Positions 30,568-41,610 are shown, numbered from the whole stretch's first letter. The stretch: DNA of 63,652 nucleotides, filler included, from Chlamydiia bacterium (GCA_903848235.1; 7 parts of 7 records of this genome joined end to end with filler, not necessarily neighbours in it); one strand, 5' to 3'. Numbers and translations are program-made. Notes: generated by a model from the sequence alone, not told the origin.

Positions 30568-31572
30568 TCAGCTATCTCCGGCAGCTTTTTTAATGACTGC
30601 GGACAGCGCCGTTTGAAGTGGGGCTGTTTGTTCCTTCAACTGCTGCGCATTGGCAACGATTCTGCCAATGCGCCCATCCTTGGCGTATTGGACAGACAGA
30701 GAACTGGTAACTTTCTCGCACTTCTCCATCTCATCTTTGGAGCCCATGGCAAGCATATATTCAGGGATCCCCTCAGGAACAAGTATCCAGTGTTTGGGGT
30801 CGTGTTCGAGAATTTCCAGGACTGGCTGCTTCTCCGATGCGTAATTGTCGAGGGCAAATTCATAAATGTACCTGGGCGTCGCGGTCAGATGCCCCTTTCC
30901 CCCTGTTGGGAGGTATTTGCTCAATGACAAACCAGTTGCAGCCTGGGACTTGCTCTGGATTTCACATACCATATTCCTGCACATACGAACAAAACCGGTT
31001 AGCGATTCCCGCCACCGGTCATAGGACCCAGACTCTGGTAAGAAGGCTGTCAGTCTGGCCATAAAAAGTGGGAAGGACTGATCCATCTCTACTGACAGCT
31101 TCACCATCAACTCACCACGATCCTTCCCCAAAGTTAGGCCCGCCTCGGAAATCTGAGGAGAACTGCCGGTGTCGGCAAGCCCACAGATAGACCAGTCCTT
31201 CGCACTGATATTCGACATGCTGCTCCGAAGCCGGACAGCTAGGTCCATGGTCTCCTGCTGTCTTAGGGATACAAGATGGTCCGTCCGGTAGTACCGAAGA
31301 ATAATACCCGGCGTAATCCGCTCCACCTTCTGCAGAAGCTTTTTATCCAATTGGTCAGAAGTAAAAATGTCTAAACTTATCATTTCTTTGATAGCTGTCT
31401 CACTGCATACTTCAACCGCCATCGAGTAGGGTATTTGCTTAAACCAATTCTCCACCTTCCCTACTGTCGCCTTAGCACAATGCATTATGCCAGCCACATC
31501 ATCATGATTGCAGCCAGTTCTAAGCAACACCAAGATTGCCAAACACTTATCGATGTCGGTTGGTGCTTCCAC
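30568..31572 (-). CDS. Hypothetical protein with N-terminal HTH-like motif
   Basis: GGGAGGG RBS, GTG 31572; GCNHDDVAGIMHCAKATVGKVENW. Confidence 0.6.
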   Translation of the reverse strand: MEAPTDIDKCLAILVLLRTGCNHDDVAGIMHCAKATVGKVENWFKQIPYSMAVEVCSETAIKEMISLDIFTSDQLDKKLLQKVERITPGIILRYYRTDHLVSLRQQETMDLAVRLRSSMSNISAKDWSICGLADTGSSPQISEAGLTLGKDRGELMVKLSVEMDQSFPLFMARLTAFLPESGSYDRWRESLTGFVRMCRNMVCEIQSKSQAATGLSLSKYLPTGGKGHLTATPRYIYEFALDNYASEKQPVLEILEHDPKHWILVPEGIPEYMLAMGSKDEMEKCEKVTSSLSVQYAKDGRIGRIVANAQQLKEQTAPLQTALSAVIKKAAGDS

Positions 31573-31785
31573 TGGAACTTCCCTCCCGAAAACTAAACAG
31601 AACCATAAAAAACTGACACTATGGCAGATTTGCTTTATTGTAAGAAGAAAAATTCCTTTTGTCCAATAAAAGAGAGCAAAGGAGCTACAGATGGCAAAGA
31701 AAACCGGGGCGATCATGACTCCGTTCCCGCCTCAAAATATAGATCGAAAGGCCCCGAACACTTAAAGGTAATGGTGGTATAGCTA

Positions 31786-32415
31786 ATGACGTTAGACCAT
31801 AAAATAGATGATTTCCTGGAGCAAGCCCTTGATAAGGCTGAGGCCGCTACTGCGTTAATTAATTTAATTGAGGGCTACCGCCTTTGTGCTCGCAGCGAGG
31901 GAATCAGCGATAACACTATCCTGCTTACAGGAAGAGCTGTGAGTTATCTTAATAATTTTCTGACGCGCTCTGGGCTGCCCACAAACGTTGAATCGATTGG
32001 TGTAAGCGAGATTCGAAGTTTCATTCTATATTTAAAGGAAGCCCAGCGCTTCGAATTTCATCCGCTCATTAAAAATCACGATAGAAAACTCACCGGACAT
32101 ACCATCAACTGTTACGTGCGTAGCATCAGCGCCTTCTGGAGCTGGCTAGCAAGGGAAGGATTCATAGACAGCAACCCATTCGCCAAAACAAAGATACCCA
32201 AAGCGCCTAGGAAGGTCATAACCCCATTTACCGGGGAACAAATTCAAAGCTTGATTCAAGAAATAGACACTTCCAGTACTGCCGGACTCAGGGCCTATGC
32301 AATAATTTTAACACTCTTGGACACAGGAATTAGATTAGGCGAGTTGACCGGCTTAAAAAAGGATGATGTCGATCTCAGAAATAAAACGCTCAAGGTCTTC
32401 GGGAAAGGGTCTAAA
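31786..32415 (+). CDS. Tyrosine recombinase/integrase, N-terminal part, truncated
   Basis: Core-binding domain, TINCYVRSISAFWSWL, LLDTGIRLGEL, VFGKGSK. Confidence 0.93.
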
Positions 32416-32515
32416 NNNNNNNNNNNNNNNNNNNNNNNNNNNNNNNNNNNNNNNNNNNNTTAATTAATTAANNNNNNNNNNNNNNNNNNNNNNNNNNNNN
32501 NNNNNNNNNNNNNNN
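32416..32515. other. Artificial contig linker
   Basis: N44-TTAATTAATTAA-N44. Confidence 0.99.
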
Positions 32516-35500
32516 GATAATCTTGCTGACGAATATCGACGGGACCTAATAGAACTGGTTACTAACGCGCTGTCTCATGGAGAGGGGTCAGAGGTAGTGG
32601 GAGAGGACATCGCTATGGCCGGAAAAGAAATCCACCATGATGATCTTGAAGTGCACGCCCTCGTTGAAGAATCCCCACCACCCCCAATTGACCCCATGCT
32701 ATTACCTGAAGATGTTTTTTCTCATTTGAAAACCGTTTTCGCTGATCCCTTTCTATCGCCCATTTTGCCGGGTCCCTGGACAATCGAGTATCAAAAGCCG
32801 ACTGTGGAAGGCGCTAGCGGAGAAGTTACATTCAAATTATCTGAATCAAAAACATATACGATGAAAGTAGACGGGATGGGAAACGTAAGCTCTGTTGCTT
32901 TAAACGGAAACTCCTGCGCGAAGAAGGGAGCAATAGCTGGTATACGAGCACTCATCAGCTTCCTCCGGGCGACCATCCCTGAAAAGGCTGCACAGAAGGA
33001 GTCCCCTACCGCCGAAGCAACTGCCGCTCCCAAAACGGAAGCGGAATTCCAAGCTGACAAGGCGTTTAAGTCAGAGCTGCTGTTACTGGGAAGAAGGGTT
33101 TTGGACTCAGGAATGACTGATAGGGAGTATTCTGGGGTCAGAGTTCATGTTGATCTAGTGGATGAGTATGGCGATGCCATTAACGTTGTCTTATCCGAAG
33201 GGGAAAGGAGATTTTCGTTCAGCGTAGATAAACACAGTAGGACTGTAAAAATCGAAGGCGAAGGCGGGGCAGATGCCAGGGGGCTTATTAAGAAGCTTTC
33301 TGATTCCCTCCCGCTAGGGGATTATACAGAATATGGCATCGCTATTGCTGGTAATCCTCATCATTCGATACAGCTTGGTCAGCTTGTATACAAACTCACT
33401 TGTAGTGTTGATCAAAAAACGATTTTTGCCAGCTGGGCTACCAAGAACGGCGTTAATACTAGTGTGTACGAAATTTCCCTAGGTGCTGATGGGAAGGTAG
33501 CTAACGTTCAAAGGAAAGTTGATGGAGTTTCTTCCCCCCTTACAAAACAACAAATATCTGACATCTGCGATGCGATCGAAATGAAACTCGATAACGAAAA
33601 TCATCTGCCGCCCCCCCAAAAAGACCCTGATTTAGATGGGATGGTAGCCCATAGCGCGCAACTATATAAAGTAGCAGATCTTGATAAAGAAGCAGCTCTT
33701 AAGGTGCCTATATGTAAAGTAGCTTTCCCAGACCGCAGACCCACTGCTGATTACAGATACTGGAGAAAAGATGTTCAGGGGAAAAGCTTCATTAATATTC
33801 AACGCGAAGCCGAATTCACTGGTAATTCCTTAAAAGAAAAAATATCAATCGAGGTTGTGGATGGAAAGATAAGGGCTGTCCGCGTCGATGACATACCGGT
33901 TAGTGAACTTAGCCCAGACCAAAAGAAAATTGTAGAATCAGTTCTGAAAGACATCACGCCACCCTCCGAAGCTCCTGAAGCTGCGACCGCCGCGGCGGTC
34001 GAATCTCCCCCGATTGATGAGGCGTTTTCAGAAGCAACTCTGCTGGCCCGAGCGAAGGCAATAATAAAAAATCTAGGCGATAGAAGGACGTTTGAGGGTT
34101 TCAGGGTATCCGTTATGCCAAAATATGATGGGGATGGCATTCCAATACTGGGCAGCGTCGATCGGTACATATTTTCTCTCGAGCGCCCGCCTCACCCCGA
34201 GCCTTTGATGCAGGATGCTGTCACGACTTTGGTGTTTAGCGTAAATTCCGAAGGGGAACTCACGGTGAATGTGGGAGGACGTGCACCCACACGGGATAAA
34301 AAGAAACTTAAGGAACTGATTCTTGCACAGGAGGAATTCTCACCCACTGAAAAATCACCACCCCCCCCACTTGAAGGGTCGACCGCCGCTGCAGCCGCGG
34401 CCGAAGCGGTGAGCCTACATTCCGAGATTGATGATGATCCGCGGTTAAAAGTAAACCTGAGGCAACTGGTGAAATATAATGTCGATCAACAGATTTCATC
34501 GAGTTATGTTGGCCCTATCATGATTTCGACAGAGGCTGAAGCCCCATCCCAAGGCTCTGGCAAGCTATGCTGTATCTCTTTGGGTGAAGCTCGTCTTATA
34601 TTTCATTTGGATGAAAATTTGGAAATAAGTGGAGAGATAGAGCAGGGAGGGCCTTTAGGCCAACTAGAGAAACTTAAGCAAGAAATCGTTAGTCGCAGCC
34701 CACCCCCTCCAGAGGAAGCGGCTGCTGTCGCTCATCTAGCACCCCCTACACTTGAAGGGGCTTCCCCCGAGCTGCCGGCGCAGGCTAAAGCTCTTGCTCT
34801 TTTCCAAGAGGCAGAAAAACTGGTTTCCGAGAGGAAAAAAGTCAAAAGTCTCCACCTTGCTAGTTCCGATCCCGGCATGGTGCTTCTCGGCCACCAAGGT
34901 CGTACGCGAAATTCTCCATATGTTGTGAACAATCTTCTCAAGGCTCTTAAAAAATATGGAGAAACAGGCAGCCTCGATGAAGCTATAGATGTAACATATG
35001 CAGCGCAATTTGGAGGGGAAGTTTTGCCACGCACCGTTAGGGAAACGTTTTCAATTGCCACTAATGCGAGTTATGAGGCCAGTGTTGTCAAGACACTTGA
35101 GCCTTCTGAAAGAGTCGTTGTTGACAGGGATGTGGCTGTCTTTTTGCAAAAGGCTGTTGCATTAGCAGAAGAAGCGCTTAGAGAGGCTCCCGCCGCCGCT
35201 ACTGCTCCCTCGAAGGGTTATATCGACCATATAAGAGAAAACTCTTATTATTCGATACAGGTTGGGAAGGATGTATACAGACTCTCTGTTTCTGCTGATT
35301 CCCGTTCGATTGACGCCATCAAGAAGGATAGTGAGGGCAAAGTCGTTTCGATGTACAAAATTTTCCTAGATGATGACGGTAAGGTAACTAAAGTTCAACA
35401 AGGGGTATCTGCTGAAGCTCTTAGCACCGTCAAGGATCCAGAAAGAGCTCAACTCTTGGAGGCGTTCGAATCGAAGGTTGACAACGAAATGCGACGGCCC

Positions 35501-35872
35501 AAGCCTCCTGAAGATGAGACTCTTCGGGGTATGGTACAGGTCGCAGACAGAATACACGAAGGGCCACGTGCCGCAGCTGAATGTGACGTTTCGCTTGGAG
35601 GCCCCAAACCTTCTAAATATCATTACTGGCGAAGCGATTTCGGTAAAAAACGTATAATTTTTATTCAAGAAGATTCTGAATTCAAAAGCTCCAGTTTGAA
35701 AGGAAAAATTTCGATCGAAGTTGAGGATGGAAAGGTAACCGTTTTCCGCGGCGATGACATACCTTCTGGTGAACTCAGTGCAGAGCAAAGGAAAATTGTA
35801 GAATCAGTTCTGAAAGACATTAAGACACCCTCCGCATCTTCACCTCCCACTGCAGAGGATGCTTATTTTTAA
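32516..35872 (+). CDS. Large modular ORFan (>1100 aa, probably 5' truncated) with a duplicated ~200-aa domain
   Basis: Frame open from contig start; Pro/Ala linkers; two copies ending KIVESVLKDI. Confidence 0.8.
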   Translation, partial: DNLADEYRRDLIELVTNALSHGEGSEVVGEDIAMAGKEIHHDDLEVHALVEESPPPPIDPMLLPEDVFSHLKTVFADPFLSPILPGPWTIEYQKPTVEGASGEVTFKLSESKTYTMKVDGMGNVSSVALNGNSCAKKGAIAGIRALISFLRATIPEKAAQKESPTAEATAAPKTEAEFQADKAFKSELLLLGRRVLDSGMTDREYSGVRVHVDLVDEYGDAINVVLSEGERRFSFSVDKHSRTVKIEGEGGADARGLIKKLSDSLPLGDYTEYGIAIAGNPHHSIQLGQLVYKLTCSVDQKTIFASWATKNGVNTSVYEISLGADGKVANVQRKVDGVSSPLTKQQISDICDAIEMKLDNENHLPPPQKDPDLDGMVAHSAQLYKVADLDKEAALKVPICKVAFPDRRPTADYRYWRKDVQGKSFINIQREAEFTGNSLKEKISIEVVDGKIRAVRVDDIPVSELSPDQKKIVESVLKDITPPSEAPEAATAAAVESPPIDEAFSEATLLARAKAIIKNLGDRRTFEGFRVSVMPKYDGDGIPILGSVDRYIFSLERPPHPEPLMQDAVTTLVFSVNSEGELTVNVGGRAPTRDKKKLKELILAQEEFSPTEKSPPPPLEGSTAAAAAAEAVSLHSEIDDDPRLKVNLRQLVKYNVDQQISSSYVGPIMISTEAEAPSQGSGKLCCISLGEARLIFHLDENLEISGEIEQGGPLGQLEKLKQEIVSRSPPPPEEAAAVAHLAPPTLEGASPELPAQAKALALFQEAEKLVSERKKVKSLHLASSDPGMVLLGHQGRTRNSPYVVNNLLKALKKYGETGSLDEAIDVTYAAQFGGEVLPRTVRETFSIATNASYEASVVKTLEPSERVVVDRDVAVFLQKAVALAEEALREAPAAATAPSKGYIDHIRENSYYSIQVGKDVYRLSVSADSRSIDAIKKDSEGKVVSMYKIFLDDDGKVTKVQQGVSAEALSTVKDPERAQLLEAFESKVDNEMRRPKPPEDETLRGMVQVADRIHEGPRAAAECDVSLGGPKPSKYHYWRSDFGKKRIIFIQEDSEFKSSSLKGKISIEVEDGKVTVFRGDDIPSGELSAEQRKIVESVLKDIKTPSASSPPTAEDAYF

Positions 35873-35943
35873 CCAAGCTTATTGACTCAACCACGCATGT
35901 CTTTGATGAGCCATTTTGTCCTTCTCCTGCGATCTTCAACGAT

Positions 35944-35980
35944 CGTCTCTTGCAAATAGCTTTTGCTATTCGCAAAAGAC
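35944..35980. terminator. Hairpin between convergent genes
   Basis: CGTCTCTTGCAAATAGC-TTTT-GCTATTCGCAAAAGACG. Confidence 0.55.
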
Positions 35981-35997
35981 GATTGTTTTTGAGTAGA

Positions 35998-38049
35998 TTA
36001 TTCCTCCTCCGATATCTGAGCGTCAGCTAAAGCAACACTCTCTACATCGACGGTGATAGCCCGAAGCTGTTCTGCAATAGACTCTGGAACATCACCTTGG
36101 CATCTCCCGCCAAGGTGCTTTGCCAGAAATCTCTCCATAGCAACAGAAAAGGCGAGTCTATTCTCCACTCGTGCAATGCCATGGCCTTCGTCAGGAGTGC
36201 ATATATATTCTACATCTCTTCCTAAAGAGCGAAGGGCGATGACAATCTGGTCAGACTCCGCCTTTTTCACGCGAGGGTCGTTAGCCCCTTGTACAACAAG
36301 CAACGGCGCGGTGATCTGCTTCGCCGAAAAGAGAGGGGACTGACGCTCTAGGCGGGCGATATCATCGGGCTTGTGGAGATCTCCAAGACGTTCGTTCATA
36401 TAGCTTCTTCCCGTTTCCCAATAGGCGGGGAAACTCTGGAGAAGGGTAATAAGGTTCGAAGGCCCTACATAGGAGATGCCAGCGGCATATACGTGCGGGG
36501 TGAAAGCAAGGCCGGCGAGTGTGGCATAGCCCCCATAGGAGCCGCCAAAGATAGCAACGCGGCGTGCATCTACCATTCCTTGTTGTACAAGATAAGAAAC
36601 ACCGTCGGTGATGTCATCTTGCATAGCATCACCCCACTGTTTGTTGCCAGCATTGATGAACTTTTTCCCATATCCTGTAGACCCGCGAAAGTTGATTTGA
36701 AGGACAGCATATCCTCGATTGGCAAGAAGCTGCGCTGTGCGGTCATACCCCCAGAAGTCACGTGCCCAGGGGCCACCATGAGGATAGACAACGAGGGGAA
36801 GGGCATGAGGCTCCTGTCCTTTTGGGATAGTCAGGTAGCCATGGATAGCAAGGCCGTCACGTGCTGTATAGACGATAGGCAGGCTAGAAGAGAGGTATTC
36901 AGAAGGCAGATTAGGACGGGCCTTGAAGAGAAATGAGAGCTCATGTGTTTTTCTGTTGTAGAGATAGGATGTTTCAGGATCTACATCGCTTCTGACAGCA
37001 ATAACCCAGAGCGACTCGTCATTTGTAGAAGAGACAAGATCGATTTCACCGTTGGGGAGTAGTGAGGAGAGCCTCTGAAACTCCTGTGCCCAGTCGTCAT
37101 TTGAAAAGTAGATCCGTTGCCGGTCGCCGATATAGGCAGTGCCTACCAGCTCATCGGTAGCCGGAGAGAAGAGAGGGGATTCAAAGTCTACCTCTCTTTC
37201 AGGATCTGCCTCAACGACCTCTTCTTCCCCAGTCTGCGTGTTAAGGAGGATGAGGTGCGAGAGGTCTACATCAGCACCCTTATTCGTTGCCATGTACAAC
37301 CGCTTTCCATCAATGTGAAAGGCAAAAGGCTGCACGCTCTCATCACGAGAGCAGGACCAGAGAAGTGACATGCCGTCTGGATCTACGTTTAGGATGTTGG
37401 TGCCGCCATCTGGGGTAGCACAGATCCCTAAACGAAGAGCGCCAGTGCGGTCGAAAATCCAATCCGAAATCCCTATGTCATTTTGTTTGACAAGCGTTCT
37501 GTTCGCTGTAGACAGGTCGATCTGATAGACATCGTGGTAGCGCTCATCGCGGTCATTTAACCCGACAAATACCACATTGGGGCTCGCCTTCGGCATGCAA
37601 AACAGCTCCGCTCTTGCACCATCGTAGGGGGTAAGGTCGCGGGCCTGGTGCAGGGCGTTGCGGTAGGGATCAACGGAAAAGAGGTGGAAGTTCTCATTGC
37701 CGCCTTGATCTTGCATGAAGAGAAGAAGCTTTCCATCGCGGCTCCATGAATAGTCGCGCACAGGGCGTGACGTCGAAGTGACAGGATATGCAGCGCTCAG
37801 CGGCTCTTCTGTTTTTTTGACCCAGATGGAGAGGATATTGTCATGGGGCTTTAAAAATGCGATATGAGAGCCCGAAGGAGAGAGCTGCGCATTGGCAATC
37901 GCTGGATCTCCAGAGAAAAGCTCGCGGTCGAGGAGCGGCACAGGCTGTGAGGCGGCTTCTGCAGCGGGCGTCAGCATCAAGAACGCAGTCACAATGAGAC
38001 ATGCCGTTCCCAATAGAAAAAAGGCTTTGGCGGCGAGCTTTCTATCCAT
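35998..38049 (-). CDS. Secreted S9-family (prolyl oligopeptidase-like) peptidase
   Basis: Signal peptide, HGGPW, GGSYGGY, NDPRV, DEGHG. Confidence 0.95.
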   Translation of the reverse strand: MDRKLAAKAFFLLGTACLIVTAFLMLTPAAEAASQPVPLLDRELFSGDPAIANAQLSPSGSHIAFLKPHDNILSIWVKKTEEPLSAAYPVTSTSRPVRDYSWSRDGKLLLFMQDQGGNENFHLFSVDPYRNALHQARDLTPYDGARAELFCMPKASPNVVFVGLNDRDERYHDVYQIDLSTANRTLVKQNDIGISDWIFDRTGALRLGICATPDGGTNILNVDPDGMSLLWSCSRDESVQPFAFHIDGKRLYMATNKGADVDLSHLILLNTQTGEEEVVEADPEREVDFESPLFSPATDELVGTAYIGDRQRIYFSNDDWAQEFQRLSSLLPNGEIDLVSSTNDESLWVIAVRSDVDPETSYLYNRKTHELSFLFKARPNLPSEYLSSSLPIVYTARDGLAIHGYLTIPKGQEPHALPLVVYPHGGPWARDFWGYDRTAQLLANRGYAVLQINFRGSTGYGKKFINAGNKQWGDAMQDDITDGVSYLVQQGMVDARRVAIFGGSYGGYATLAGLAFTPHVYAAGISYVGPSNLITLLQSFPAYWETGRSYMNERLGDLHKPDDIARLERQSPLFSAKQITAPLLVVQGANDPRVKKAESDQIVIALRSLGRDVEYICTPDEGHGIARVENRLAFSVAMERFLAKHLGGRCQGDVPESIAEQLRAITVDVESVALADAQISEEE

Positions 38050-38099
38050 CGAATAATTCCTGGGTTTAGACAGCTGAAGAGTATACGAGATCTTTGGAT

Positions 38100-38879
38100 T
38101 TACAGTGGGAGCCAACTGTCTTTTACATTGAATCGCTTTGTCTTATGTTTTTCTTTTTGCTGCTCGATATGCTGCTCATCGCTTTTAATACCCTCTTCTG
38201 CAAGGAGGCCTGCCTTAACTTCCTCCGCACGAGCGTTGATCTCTTTGATGCGGGCTAGCTGTTCATCGGTGAGTCGTTTTGCATGGCGAAGGGTCATGAC
38301 TTCCTCACGTGTCGTCCCAAGCATCTCATAGCGATTATCGTGGTGCCTTCGCTTCAGCCAGAGGACGTGCTGGCGGAGGATGTAGAGGTGAGAGGCAGGC
38401 TCTAAAAATGTGTCAGAAGAGGGGACGTCAGCCGTAGGTGATGCTATAGCTTTCGGAGGACGTACACTCTGTGCCCGCACTTTCCGCATGACATCGTATA
38501 CTGGCGGCCGCCGTATGATTTCGAATGTCGGGTCTTCTTCTTCCTCATCTTCGAGTGATAAAAGCGGCTCGCTGAAGGCCTCGTCTTTCTTCACTACGGT
38601 GGCTGCAGCACCCTCTTCTGGTGGAATCGCAGCGGCTATGGGGTGTTGCCTTTCTTCTTCGAGCTTTTTTTCTAGAAGCTCTTCGTTAGCTGCTTCTTCT
38701 CGTAAGAGTTTTGCAACGGGCTCTTCAGGAGTAGGACGCGGCGTCTTTTCATCAAGACCGTAGTATTCAGAAGCACGCTGTGAGGTGACCGATTTTCCCT
38801 CCGCTAGATCCTTCACGCGCATCCTCTGAAGCGCCTCATGCATCTCGCGTTCTGCTTTTGAGTAGTCAATCTTTGCCAT
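38100..38879 (-). CDS. Hypothetical charged protein downstream of clpB
   Basis: 259-aa ORF with AAGGA RBS; C-terminal RFNVKDSWLPL. Confidence 0.75.
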   Translation of the reverse strand: MAKIDYSKAEREMHEALQRMRVKDLAEGKSVTSQRASEYYGLDEKTPRPTPEEPVAKLLREEAANEELLEKKLEEERQHPIAAAIPPEEGAAATVVKKDEAFSEPLLSLEDEEEEDPTFEIIRRPPVYDVMRKVRAQSVRPPKAIASPTADVPSSDTFLEPASHLYILRQHVLWLKRRHHDNRYEMLGTTREEVMTLRHAKRLTDEQLARIKEINARAEEVKAGLLAEEGIKSDEQHIEQQKEKHKTKRFNVKDSWLPL

Positions 38880-38909
38880 AGCTGATTCCTTAATGGGTGT
38901 CGAGGAGCT

Positions 38910-41513
38910 TCATAAATCTTCTGTCGAAAATCCAATTGTACCGTCATCGTCCATTCGGAGTTTGACTTTTTGCTGCCCGTGAATCGTGCCTGATAGGATG
39001 GCAGATGACAGAGGATTTGCCACAAGCTGCTGGATAAGTCGTTTTAAAGGACGTGCTCCAAACAGCGGATCGTACCCCTCTTTGGCAAGATAGGAAACAA
39101 CATCTTTGTCCCATTCTAAAACAATTTCTTTTTCTGCTAAGCGGTGAATGAGGCGATGGAGTTGGATGATGACGATTTTGCCCATGTCTTCTGGCTTAAG
39201 AGGAAGGAAGGGAAGGATGTCATCAAGACGGTTGAGAAATTCAGGACGAAAATGACTTTTCATCACAGGGTCGAGAATCGTGAGGATTGCCTCTTTGGTG
39301 AGTGTGCGTTTCCCTTTCTCGAGGCGTTCGAGAAGTAGGTCTGACCCAAGGTTTGACGTCATGATAAAAAGAGCGTTCTTGCAGTTGACAACGCGCCCTT
39401 TGCTATCCGTCAATCGCCCATCATCGAAGATCTGAAGGAGGATGTTGAAGACATCAGGATGGGCTTTTTCAATCTCGTCGAGAAGGACAATAGAGTAGGG
39501 GCGCCTCCGAAGAGCCTCGGTAAGCTGCCCTCCTTCATCATAGCCGACATAGCCAGGAGGAGAGCCGATGAGCTTTGAGACAGAGTGCTTTTCCATGTAT
39601 TCGGACATGTCAAGGCGAATGATAGCCTCTTCTTGGTTAAAGAGCTGCTCTGCAAGAGCCTTGGCAAGCTCTGTCTTGCCAACGCCGGTAGGGCCGATGA
39701 ACAGAAAGACACCCGAAGGGCGCTGTGGATCTGCAAGGCCAGCTCGCGAGCGGCGAATAGCATCAGCGACGGCAGTGACAGCAAAGTCCTGCCCTACGAC
39801 CCTCTCTTCAAGAGCTTTTTCAAGGTGAAGGAGCTTATGGGCTTCTGAAGAGAGCATCTTTGACACTGGGATGCCAGTCCACTTTGACACCACATGAGCG
39901 ATGAGATTTTCGTCGACCTCTTCTTGGAGAAGGCGGTGAGGGAGGTTTTTGAGGGCGTGCTCTACTGATTTGAGTTCGTTTTCGACAGCGGGGATGGTGC
40001 TATAACGGATTTGCGCTACCTTTTCGTAGTCTGTGCGCCGTTCGCTCTCTTCTTCTTGAAATCTAAGTGTTTCGAGCTGGTCTTTCTTCTCTTTGATAGA
40101 TTGGATAAGCCCTTTTTCTCCTTCCCACTCATGTTTGAGGATGGCAAGCTCTTCTTTGATAGAAGCAATACGGCCGTCGAGCTTCTGCAGCTCAGGACGG
40201 GGCTCTGTGCCAGTGTCGCGTCGCAGTGCCTCACGCTCTACGATTAAAGAGGCCAGCTCGCGCTCTTTAGTGTCGATAGGAAGCGGCCGGGAGCCAATCT
40301 GCATGCGGATTAAACTCGCTGCTTCGTCGATGAGGTCAATGGCCTTATCGGGTAAAAAACGATCGGTAATATAGCGAGAAGAGAGGAAGACAGCAGCATG
40401 AATGGCGTCTTCAGTGATATGAACGCTATGGAAGATCTCATAGCGCTCTTTGAGCCCCCTGAGAATGGCAATAGCCTCTTCGAGAGATGGCTCTTGTATC
40501 ATCACTGGCTGAAATCGGCGTTCGAGGGCAGCATCTTTCTCAATATGCTTTTGATACTCATTGAGAGTAGTAGCACCGATACAGTGAAGAGTCCCTCGTG
40601 CCAAGGCTGGCTTGAGGAGGTTTGCCGCGTCAATAGCGCCTTCAGCAGCGCCAGCGCCGACGAGAGTATGGACTTCATCAATGAACAGCAGCGTTTTTCC
40701 TTCGTTAGCCTCTATCTCCCGCAGGATTCCCTTGAGGCGCTCTTCGAATTCCCCGCGGAACTTCGTTCCTGCTACAAGGCTTCCCATATCAAGAGCAAAA
40801 AGCTCTTTATGCTTTAACGAGTCCGGGACGTCTTCTTGTACAATCCTCTGTGCAAGGCCTTCTGCTATGGCTGTCTTGCCGACTCCTGGATCGCCGATGA
40901 GCATGGGATTGTTTTTCGTACGCCGGCTGAGCACCTGGATCGTCCTTCGTATCTCTTCGTCGCGTCCGATGACAGGGTCGAGCTTTCCATTGCGAGCCAG
41001 CTGCGTGAGGTTTTTACAGTATTTTTCAAGAGCTTGTAGACCGCTCTCCGCCGTTTCTGAGTCCATAGTACGTCCTGCGCGAAGTTTTTTTATAATGAGG
41101 TCTACATTTTTCTCTTGGAGGTTGGCTTGCTTTTTCCATGTAGAAAATGGTTCTTGTGCGTATCGAAAAAAAGCAAGAAAGAGGTGGTCAGAGCTGATAT
41201 GGGTATCTTTCCAGCTTTTGGCAATCTCCTCCGCTTCCCGCAGACGCTGTTCGAGCGATCTGTTGACACTTGGCCTGTTGGATTGAGCGCCTTCGAGTAT
41301 GGGCAGCTCTTCTAGATGGCGTTTGGCAGCCGTAGAAAGAGTCTCTGACGAAGCGCCAAGGGCGCTGATGATCGCACGGAAATAGCCGTTTTTATCATTA
41401 AGAAGAGCGCATAGAAGGTGGGTGTCGTAGACTTCTGCATGATGCATCTCTTCACAGAGGCGAAAAGCCTCTTGCAGAGCTTCGGTGACAGCTTCGGTGA
41501 ATTGCTGGGACAT
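38910..41513 (-). CDS. clpB: Chaperone ClpB
   Basis: Two AAA+ domains (GDPGVGKT, GPTGVGKT), coiled M domain, PPGYVGY, GARPLKR. Confidence 0.97.
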   Translation of the reverse strand: MSQQFTEAVTEALQEAFRLCEEMHHAEVYDTHLLCALLNDKNGYFRAIISALGASSETLSTAAKRHLEELPILEGAQSNRPSVNRSLEQRLREAEEIAKSWKDTHISSDHLFLAFFRYAQEPFSTWKKQANLQEKNVDLIIKKLRAGRTMDSETAESGLQALEKYCKNLTQLARNGKLDPVIGRDEEIRRTIQVLSRRTKNNPMLIGDPGVGKTAIAEGLAQRIVQEDVPDSLKHKELFALDMGSLVAGTKFRGEFEERLKGILREIEANEGKTLLFIDEVHTLVGAGAAEGAIDAANLLKPALARGTLHCIGATTLNEYQKHIEKDAALERRFQPVMIQEPSLEEAIAILRGLKERYEIFHSVHITEDAIHAAVFLSSRYITDRFLPDKAIDLIDEAASLIRMQIGSRPLPIDTKERELASLIVEREALRRDTGTEPRPELQKLDGRIASIKEELAILKHEWEGEKGLIQSIKEKKDQLETLRFQEEESERRTDYEKVAQIRYSTIPAVENELKSVEHALKNLPHRLLQEEVDENLIAHVVSKWTGIPVSKMLSSEAHKLLHLEKALEERVVGQDFAVTAVADAIRRSRAGLADPQRPSGVFLFIGPTGVGKTELAKALAEQLFNQEEAIIRLDMSEYMEKHSVSKLIGSPPGYVGYDEGGQLTEALRRRPYSIVLLDEIEKAHPDVFNILLQIFDDGRLTDSKGRVVNCKNALFIMTSNLGSDLLLERLEKGKRTLTKEAILTILDPVMKSHFRPEFLNRLDDILPFLPLKPEDMGKIVIIQLHRLIHRLAEKEIVLEWDKDVVSYLAKEGYDPLFGARPLKRLIQQLVANPLSSAILSGTIHGQQKVKLRMDDDGTIGFSTEDL

Positions 41514-41610
41514 AGAAGAGCACTCCCTAGGTAATCAGTACTGCTCTTCATGCATAGCGTTCTGACGCAATTTTCTGCATCTTCGATTTTTGAAAATCCG
41601 GATAGAACAA

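Noticed and set aside
40612..41286. Long antisense ORFs over clpB (also over pckG, clpX, mreB)
   Set aside because: Shadow frames of conserved genes with no independent motifs.
41514..41550. CIRCE/HrcA operator upstream of clpB
   Set aside because: The GAAGAGCA...TGCTCTTC inverted repeat does not match TTAGCACTC-N9-GAGTGCTAA.
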